DNA from: a bacterium
GTDB taxonomy: Bacteria; SAR324; NAC60-12
Length of the DNA stretch: 10,293 nucleotides
NCBI GenBank assembly: GCA_965233585.1
Contig: CBDDTI010000336.1
Span: 1-10,293 of the forward strand
Direction: 5' to 3'
Part shown: piece by piece, positions 8,207 to 10,293 of the stretch
Position numbering within the stretch: position 1 is the stretch's first letter
Layout: each line of letters starts with the position of its first letter
Made by a program: the position numbers and the translations under genes
Notes under the pieces: model-generated
The model's input: only the letters and a program-made list of their open reading frames with translations
What the model was told of the DNA's origin: nothing
The model's database searches: none

Positions 8207-9960
8207 ATTAAACAACGCAAATACATATCGGAGGAAGTTTCTGCACAAGAAACCGCTGATAAAGGAAGTTGTTGCCAAGCTATATGAAGAAAGTGACCTT
8301 GTTGACACTGACTAACTCTAAGCACACAAAGTGCAGGAAACAACCTGGGCTTTTAACAGTCTGTATATTCCAAAGCGAAGTCGTGCAAACCAGCAGGTGT
8401 TTAAGAGGCACATGGTCGTCTCGAGAGAAACACAAAATATTCAAAAATGGACAAAGAGCGTGGGGCAGTGTTGGTGACAAAAAACCACCAAGGTGGTCTC
8501 GACGACAAAGAAGACGAGTGAAACGGCAAAATATGCCAAATGCAGGGCTCAAAAAGCTACCCGGTGAAACTAATCGAGAAATACCTGTCACATATGAATC
8601 CCGAGTGCAGCGGTTTATTCCATAAACCGTGAAGCCCGTGCAAATCGTTTAACCCAGCAAGAGGTGCTGTATGGTACTGCTCAAATCCAGTTGGCCACAA
8701 CACGCTTGATAATATGCCGCGCTTGATGACAACAATAGCTAGTATAGACCATACTTCAGAAACAATTCAATCAGGGCTACCACAGTAACGGCTCTGTCTG
8801 CTGCTAACATCGAAAGTCGACACATTAATGCAATAACCGAGCATCAAAGCGAAGCCCGCATCCAGAGTTACGGTGACATTCGAGCAGTTCAAAACAATGT
8901 AAAACTACTGTAGCTTGCGAGATCTTTGATCTGGCCAGAAACCAAAAAAAAAACACTGTTGCAGGCACCCAGTCAGCTGTTGTTCCTCCTTCTGCTCCTT
9001 CAAGCCAACTGCCATTTACTAAGTTCTTCTGGCGATGGAAATTAGTTTGTTTTCGAGTTCATTCAAGACGGGTCGCAAACTCTTGTAAATGGCTTCGTTC
9101 TCGGAGGCATCTTCCACAATTGCAGTTTGAGTTTCAATGTGAGCTTTGGAGGCGGCAGTAGAAAATAAAACTTGTAACGATCAAGGAACAGAACTTGTCG
9201 AACATGCAAAAAGCAGCGATTTTCACTTTGCTTGAGCAACGCGTAGCTTTCCCGTTTTAAATTTCTCGCTCCTTTAATCACCTGATGTATCACACCACTT
9301 TTTAGGCGGTTTGTCGTTTCAGTCCTTTCCGCGTTTGAAAATATTGCAATCGTTGCGGGAATAAATGAATTAAAATCCTTTTTTGTAGTCTATATTACCT
9401 CACTGTTTTAGTATATTATCTCACTGTTTGAGCCTCTTCGCGGCTCGGTAAATATCCGCCACTAGACCTCTCCTTGGTGAATAGTTGTTAACTACTGTTT
9501 AAATGGTATGCTATGTTGTGTTGCATTGTGCTATTCTTGGGTATGCCTTAATATTTTATTTCACTCAATTCTATTTAGTGATAAGATACTTACGGCGAAC
9601 AGAAGATGTTGTGAAGAATTAGTGAAACAACAAGAAGGAATCCTACGATGACTCCGGTTCCAATAATTATCTCCTTAAATTTTCCTCTCTCTGCAGTAAA
9701 ATGTTGAGACATCAGTTATCACGAAGGCGAATACGAGAAATAACAATAGAAAATAAAATAAAATAAGTTAAATGATTGTTCTTAAGAAAACGAATCCTGA
9801 AAGGGAAACCGTGTCTGCAGTCGGAGGCGGAGAGACCATCAAGTGTACACCTAACAAAAACAACAACATAATTTGTAGACTGCATTCATTTACCCTCAAG
9901 AGTCCATCAGTCTAACAGCGACACCTAGAAATATCATGATTATTATGATGCCACTCTCTT

Positions 9961-10045
9961 TTAAAAGCTCCATTTTCAAAACATTTTCCGTCAAACCGAA
10001 ATCGAGTTCCCTGCTTATATATTCAAATCCTAAGGTTTGAAGAGC
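9961..10045. mobile_element. Possible decayed internal fragment of a MITE
   Basis: AAAAGCTCCATTTTCAAAACATTTTCCGTC...GGTTTGAAGAGC resembles a cnidarian repeat recalled from memory. No termini are visible. Confidence 0.3.
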
Positions 10046-10047
10046 TT

Positions 10048-10293
10048 GGGGAGCAGGGATGGCTCAGTGGTTAACTCTTACTCCCAACAATGTGGCCCTG
10101 ATTCGATTAAGGTCCAATGCGGTATTCGAGTTTATTAATTTTGTCGATTCTCGCCATGCTCCCAAGGTTGTTCCCTGTATTCTCCGGTTTACCTCCCTCC
10201 ATAAAAACCAACATCTTCAAATTCCAATTCGACAAGATTAAGGACACGAATTAAAACCAGTTAATGCTGATGCTGCTTCCTAAATGTTGCAAT
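10048..10293 (+). mobile_element. tRNA-headed SINE with a V-domain-like core
   Basis: GGGGAGCAGGGA head, A box TGGCTCAGTGG (10060-10070), decayed B box GATTCGATT (10100-10108), central TTCCCTGTATTCTCCGGTTTACCTCCC (10171-10197) similar to the V-SINE core TTTCCTCCGGGTRCTCCGGTTTCCTCCC. Confidence 0.78.

Noticed and set aside
7997..8625. ORFs 7997..8308, 8000..8182, 8269..8625 and 8280..8591
   Set aside because: They are translations of the MITE or of wrong or antisense frames of the Crypton pseudogene.

Overview
AT-rich eukaryotic (animal) genomic DNA that is mostly nested, decayed transposable elements; no intact host gene can be supported. The repeat families resemble stony-coral/anthozoan repeats (inference from memory, not a search). 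From left to right: a decayed SAP-motif-like coding fragment and a possible transposon terminus (1-1107); a 14-bp hairpin (1596-1656); a phased AAAGG-motif array (1767-2084); a 3'-truncated Ty3/Gypsy (Mag-like) LTR retrotransposon with 5' LTR, PBS, gag, protease and RT start (2961-4739, minus); a DIRS/Ngaro-type RT/RNase H fragment (4808-5149, minus); a TTAA-flanked TIR element (5507-6022); a tRNA-derived repeat (6438-6693); a near full-length but pseudogenised Crypton-type tyrosine-recombinase DNA transposon (about 6701-9490, plus) that the ORF track misses because an intron, two nested MITEs, stops and frameshifts break it up; and a tRNA-headed SINE at the right end (10048-10293). The Crypton reconstruction is the strongest hidden signal. 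I see no evidence for a new functional system beyond possibly uncatalogued TE families.
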